Source of the DNA: Cyanophora paradoxa CCMP329
Lineage: Eukaryota > Plantae > Glaucophyta
NCBI GenBank assembly: GCA_004431415.1
Contig: QPMI01000065.1
Coordinates: 1-33,435, forward strand
Direction: 5' to 3'
Length of the DNA stretch: 33,435 nt
The notes below the pieces were generated by a model. It made no database searches, was not told the origin of the DNA, and was given only the letters and a program-made list of their open reading frames with translations. Every line of letters begins with the position of its first letter. Position 1 is the stretch's first letter. Of the stretch, positions 28,233-33,435 are shown piece after piece. The position numbers were made by a program, and so were the translations under genes.

Positions 28233-31192
28233 GTGCCGCCTGAGGAGCGGATCGTCCGCAAGGCGACGCTCAAAGCGCGCGACGAGCGCATCGCAGTGCT
28301 TGAGGCGGAGAACAAGAAGCTTAGGGAGGAGCACCAGTCGAAGCGCGCCAAGGTCCCGCGGACTTCGGCACAGCGTGCAGCGACCATCTCGCGCATAGCT
28401 AGGCAGGTCCCTGGGAAGGATGCTCGGATACGTCCAGGCAGCGGCGCACGCGGTTCCTCCGCATGCTGCTCTCGACGATTCTAAACGCTGCGAGTCCGGA
28501 CATCCAGATCCGCCTCCCCATGTTTAAAAAGAACTTCGCGAGGTACAAGGCGGGGCGGCGCGCGCGCAGGCATATGCATGCTTATCCAGGGCGCCCCAGG
28601 AACAAAGGAGAGGAGGAGGGCGCCTATCAGAAGAGGAGGGAGGCGCTGGAGGCGGAGGCACGCCGCCTCGTGAGCATCATCGGGCACACGCAGTGCGCGT
28701 TATTATACATAAAAAGAGCTACCGAGAATCGTACTTTAATAGGCTACAAAATCGTTGGAGAAGAGCACCTTTCTGAACCACCGTCCGCAGGCCCAACGAG
28801 CCCTGGAAACGAGCAAATCGGGTCAGCTGCAAGTGAAGAAGGCGATGAGCATCGCCTGCAGGAAGCTGCGGGACACCTTCCCGACTGCGAGATTCTAGAG
28901 TGGAAGGACCGCCACTGCATCTCGGACGTGCGCCCTTTCTCGAATGTTTTAACCCCCATCCCGTTCTAAACCGACCCGGGGCAGGCGACGTACTTTGAGT
29001 TCACGAAGCTCCTCAAGAAGGCCCTGAAGAAGCACTTCGTGGGCTGCGAGCTTCCTCCCGTCGAAGCACTGCATCACGAAGCTACGGGGCAAGGTCAACG
29101 ATGACCTCGAGAAGGCGCGGCGCGCGCGCGCGGGGCGGGGGTGAGGGACGAGGCTCACCGAGCGGTGCAGATCGTGCAGATCGTCGAAACAGCGGCGGGC
29201 GTCGGCGACGAGGAGAACAAGGGCAAGCCGGGCGTCATGCTCGAGCTCTTTGTGCTCCGTCGAGCGCAGCGCCGGCGGCGGGCGGAGAGCGGCAGCGCCG
29301 GCGGCGGGCGGAGAGGCGGCAGCGCCGCCGCCCGCAGAGCTGTCACGCGACGCCCGCCCTGTCGGCCCTCATCAGCGCTTTCGTCCCGCTGCACAAGCAC
29401 AGGGGGAAGAAGATCAGACCTCGAGTCCGCCTGGCGGGCGACGGGACGATCGCGTTCCGCGGAAGAGCGTCTCCACGACCGACGGCATGACTGCATCGTG
29501 GCAATCGTCGACGGCTACTACGTCATCGAGGAGGACGGGACGCAGGCGTACCACCCGCTGAAGGGCGTTCAGAGCTGCTACGCCCTCCTGCCCCTAATGC
29601 TCTTCGGCGGTAGCGACAGCGAGGAGAACCTGCGCCCACGCATCAAGCCCCTCGCCGACATGGTCGAGTACCTGAACGAGAACCCGCTCACCCTGATCCC
29701 CGGTACGAGCACGACAAGCCGTCGAGGTCGAATTCTTGGTGACGGCGACTACAAGTTCCTCGCGTCCTCCTCGGCTTCGACCTGTGCCCGCACTGCGATC
29801 TGTCCACCGACGCGGGTCAGTTCGCCGAGTCACACGCGCTGAGATTCGGCATGGGGCTCACGTTACTGCAGGTCCGAGTGCTCGGCGGTCGAAGTCGTGC
29901 GCGCAGCAGGCCGCGGATCGGGACGGCCTCCCTCCAGCCAGCGAACAGAGAATCCGCACCCCGAGCACGACGCCAACGCCCTCCTGCAGCCGCTCCGAAC
30001 AGCATGCTGCCCGTCGCTGCCGTCGAGGTGAGAAGCCCGCGACACCTCGCCTCAGCGGACGCCAACGCGCACCTCAGGTCCGGCTCGACGACGCCCTGCA
30101 CGGCATCAAGAGCTGGGTGGCCGGGTTCTTCGTCTACTTCTTCCTCGCCCTCGCCTGTGGTGCCTCGAGGACCAGCAGAAGCGCATCGAAGACCTGCAGC
30201 GTCATCTTCGCGATAAATACGCGCGGAACATCAAGTTCGAGAAGACCGAGAACGGGGCCACCTACAAGTTCTTCCAGAGATCTCCGCCAACACCGCCAAG
30301 AAGATCCTGGAGGACCCCGAGGCGCCCGACACCTCTTCAGCATCTGCTTCGGCGACAGTAAGGAGAGCTGGAGCGAGAAGACGAGGGCATGCACGAGATT
30401 GGCAGCTCCGCCAGATCATCTACCAGTACGAGCGGAACATGAAGCCCGACGAGGAGGCGCGGCAGCAAGTTATCGAGGCCGTCGCCGAGCTCCAGGCCTG
30501 ATGGAGACACACTTCCCGTTATGGAAGATCTTCACACGCTACATGCACTCGACGCTTGCGCACCTCGCGTTCTGGGCGCGCGTCGACAACACGAACGCGC
30601 CGGCCGTTGGAGCTGCGAGGTCATCGAGTCCTACATGGGCCTCCTTCGGCGCCTGCGACACACCGTCACGTCTCTCGGTGGCGGGTGGAACAAGGACCTC
30701 GACATGCTCAAGCAGATCATGACGCACCAGCGGCGGCGCCTGGCGCTGTGGATGCGGAACATGACGGAGGCGAGCGCCGGCGGGAAGGACGCTGCCACGC
30801 CGAGTACGACGCGCCCGTCGCCGCCAAGGCCTGGCCAGATGGCCCTTCATCCCCCGACCTGCGGCCCGTCCCCACCGTCAGCGGCTATGCAGGGCGAAGG
30901 GGCGGCGGCGGCGCCGCCGGGGCGAGGAGGTGGCAGCGGTGCCCCTGCTGCGGACGAGGAGGAGATCGACGAGGATATTGAGCTGCAGGAGGGGGATCCG
31001 GTGCCGGAGGACGAGGTGCCCGAGGAGAGCGGGGACGAGAGGAGGAGGAGGAGGAGACCGCCGAGTACGACGCCGAGCAGAGGAGGAGGCGGAGGAGGAG
31101 ATGAGGCGGAGGATGAGGGCGCCAACATGCTCGATTTCGATGATAGGGCCCTAGCAGAGGTTCTAGCAGACGATCTAGCGGAGGGGGAATAG
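28233..31192 (+). CDS. RAG1/Transib-like DDE transposase; intron-containing, frameshifted, acidic C-terminal tail
   Basis: D1 in VRLAGDGT (29440); LLPLMLFGGSDSEENLRPRIKPL (RAG1 [23 protein letters not shown]); D2 in GDYKFL (29747); CPHC (29785-29796); DALH (30090-30101, RAG1 IDALH); YMHSTLAH (RAG1 YFHKTLAH); GRWSCEVIESYMGLLRRLR with E at 30626 (RAG1 GAWASEGNESGNKLFRRFR). Introns at 28928-28984, 29252-29337, 29816-29871 and 30028-30077. Confidence 0.85.
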
Positions 31193-31223
31193 ACGAAATG
31201 GATTTGACCAGACATAGCGCACT

Positions 31224-31228
31224 TGTAA
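31224..31228 (+). promoter_or_regulatory. TGTAA poly(A)-signal-like motif between the convergent genes
   Basis: About 30 nt after the transposase stop. The same motif lies ~27 nt after the 12310 stop and ~15 nt after the 17100 stop. UGUAA is the known chlorophyte poly(A) signal. Confidence 0.4.
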
Positions 31229-31229
31229 C

Positions 31230-33203
31230 CTAGATAGTGCGATTCTCAGTAGCAGCTTCACGACTTTGCCCTCTTGCGCGCCGCCCCGCGCCGCGAGCTG
31301 TGCCGCGCGATCCTTCCTGCTGCAGGATTAGGCGAGCAAGTAGCCGAGCGGGGGCGAGGGGAGGGGCGCACTTGGGACCGAGCGGATGCGGCGGGGCAGG
31401 TAGGGCGCAGCGGCCGGTGGGGCAGCAGCAGCAGGGCGACAGGGCGGCGACGGCGGGCGGGGCGGGCGGGGCGGCGGCGGCGGCCGGCAGGGCGGCGGCG
31501 GCGGGGGCCGCGGGCGGCGACGGCGGGGGCGGCAGGGCGGCGGCGGCGGGGCCGGCAGGGCGGCGGCGGCAGGTTCTGAAGGGGCTGCTTCGGGACAGCG
31601 GCGCCTTGGCGACGGTGTTGGCGCCGGCGCGGCACCGGCGCGGGCGCTTCACGGGACAGCCGCGAGGGGCCGCGAGGCTGGCGATGCGCTCGCCGTCGGG
31701 CCGTACTCGTAGCTCGGAAGCTCGAGCGTGACGTGCCCACCTTTCCTGCCCGAGCGCTTCGTGCCACGATCCGACCGGGACCTGCCGCGCCAAGGAGCAG
31801 AGCTTCGTAAGCGAGCGGCGCGGCGAGGGCGGGCCGGGCGCACGCTCGTCGAACTGGACGACGTCATGGGAGCCCTGTGGCGCGGCACGATTAAGCGCCG
31901 TACGCCTTCTCGACGGTGACGGTCTGCATCTCGCTGTGCTTCCGGATCGCCTTCCGTCCGCTCCCGCTTGCAGACGCGCTTGGACGCTTGCGCCACGCCG
32001 GAGGGACCGAGAACAGCTGCAAAGAGGTCGGAAAAAAGACAGCGAGCGGGAAAAAGGAAGCGGCTTCCACCAGCAGCGGTCTCGCGGTCCGGAAGCTCGA
32101 TAACGAGCGATTCGCCGCCGCAGCTTGTCAACCGGGATCGGCTGGCCCGTCTTCGGGTCGATGGGCGTGGCGACGTGCGCGACCTGCGCCACGATGTTCT
32201 CCTGCGATGCGCACGTTAGAGGATAGAAAAAGAACTTCGAACGAGTCATAAGAGCCGCAGACAACATTGCCGGCCCGGCCACCGGGATCTGACGTTGAAC
32301 AGCTCGTCCGGTCTTCCGGCGCTTGAGGGCGTTCGCGGCGGCGTCCTGAAGGTAGCCAATCGCCTCCACGCGCTCTCCGGCCTCGACAGCGCCGGAGAAG
32401 CACGCCATCTTCTCTTCGCCACTCGCTGAGCCTCGCGTTGAAGGCGAGGCGACGTCAACTGGAAGGAGCCGTCGCCCGGGAACGTCATGATTTGCTTACA
32501 GACGTAGATGTGGGGATCGCGTGGTTGAGGGCTTTGTACTCGTCCGCGCCACCACCTTCGCGGGTGCGTGAACCTGCGCGCACGGGCATCGGACGCTGGA
32601 ACGGGCGCGGGCGCGGCGGCGGACCGTCACGTTCGAGTAGTAGATGAGGTGGTTTGCGATGCCACGGCTGCCTGCTCCCCGTCTGCCTTGATGATCACGC
32701 TGCCGAGCCGCAGTCCTTCACATCGGAGTCCTCCGGGCGCACGAAGCGCCGAAGGATGACGCCGTTGACGGAGTAGTTGAAGTCGCCGCGCTTCGCCTTC
32801 GTCTGTGTTGGGAACTCGCCCTCGACTCGCGCCAAAATCGTTTCACCTGGGCGCGGGAAATGGAAGGCTTCGGCGAACGACGCTGAGTTCTGGACACAGC
32901 TGGGTGTCTGAGCTAACTGAACAGATGACGAAGTCGCCAAGGCGAACGTGGTAGGCGCGGCCGCTGGTGTCCAGGCAGCGGACCGTTGCCGCGGGGTGCT
33001 CGCCCTTGAGGATGTCGAGGTCAGGGAGCTTGGGCTCCTTCGCCTTGCGCGCCTGCTGAGTGATCTTGTTGACACGCTTCATGTTGCCCTTGCCGGCCCA
33101 CGAGCTGCTGCTGTCGGGTCGCTTGCCGTGCCAGCGTGCGACGTCGGGCCTCGTCGAAGCCGTCATCCCAGAGGCTGGGTTCCTTTCGCTTTGACTGCTT
33201 CAT
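31230..33203 (-). CDS. BAH-domain-containing protein, convergent with the transposase; spliced, frameshifted
   Basis: Stitched 32960-32450: YHVRLGDFVICSV...ETILARVEGEF...VILRRFVRPED...NVHAPAKVVA-DEYKAL...PHIYVCKQIMTF..DGSF. This follows the BAH pattern (xGDxV / IARI / RPEE / GKCxV..EY / FxC..YD). The C-terminal part is unrecognised and Pro/Ala-rich. Confidence 0.6.
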
Positions 33204-33435
33204 GCACGCGGCGTGCAGGAATGCTCGCGCTCGGGCGTGCGCGATGGCGGGAAGCTAGCTAGTCCGGCCTAGCCGAGGGAAGCTGACTAGCAAGCCGGCC
33301 TGCTGACCGTTACTGTGACCGTTGTGGCCGCGTGTGTACGCCACTGTGTACGAGGCCAAGTTCGAGCTCAAGTTTGCGCTGGGCTAATTTCATTGGGCGA
33401 AGAAGTTAACAATGGGCGGGGCGTGACGCAAACTC

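Larger units (their letters stand above)
26132..33435. mobile_element. Putative multi-gene RAG1/Transib-like DNA transposon (ends not established)
   Basis: Transposase, convergent BAH gene and divergent orphan gene. Heptamer-like CACGGTG x3 at 26132-26154 and CACTGTG at 33342-33348, but no extended TIR and no TSD. Confidence 0.4.

Noticed and set aside
31230-33203. RAG2-like gene (expected from the convergent position)
   Set aside because: No kelch repeats or PHD Cys/His pattern in any frame; the motifs fit BAH instead.
125-33262. Numerous long Arg/Pro/Gly/Ala-rich ORFs in the six-frame track
   Set aside because: Expected from very high GC content and off-frame reading of real genes.
22771-33415. 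TTAACAATGG at 22771 and 33406 as transposon ends
   Set aside because: Both copies are in the same orientation, similarity does not extend, and both lie in promoter-like context.

Overview
GC-rich eukaryotic DNA, probably algal or protist: short GT..AG introns of the gtgcgc...cgcag type and TGTAA poly(A)-like signals after stop codons. Many single-base frameshifts are present; from this window alone long-read indels cannot be told from real decay, so most proteins were read by stitching frames by eye. Left to right: (1) an intron-rich AKT/CNG-like channel gene (6TM + cNMP-binding + ankyrin repeats) whose pore lacks GYG, running off the left edge. (2) A 3 kb cluster of small, apparently intronless genes (two diverged HEPN-like paralogs, a clan-AA aspartic protease, a small membrane protein) interleaved with four copies of a ~90-125 bp hairpin/TATA/B-box repeat. 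(3) Orphan genes, mostly spliced, plus a coiled-coil RING protein. (4) A ~5.15 kb intronless giant-virus (NCLDV) fragment with a 5'-truncated double-jelly-roll major capsid protein and five other ORFs; it appears to sit inside a split minus-strand gene. (5) An intron-containing RAG1/Transib-like DDE transposase with all catalytic and Zn-ligand residues recognisable, tail-to-tail with a BAH-domain gene where ProtoRAG has RAG2. No TIR/TSD pair could be confirmed for that element in this window.
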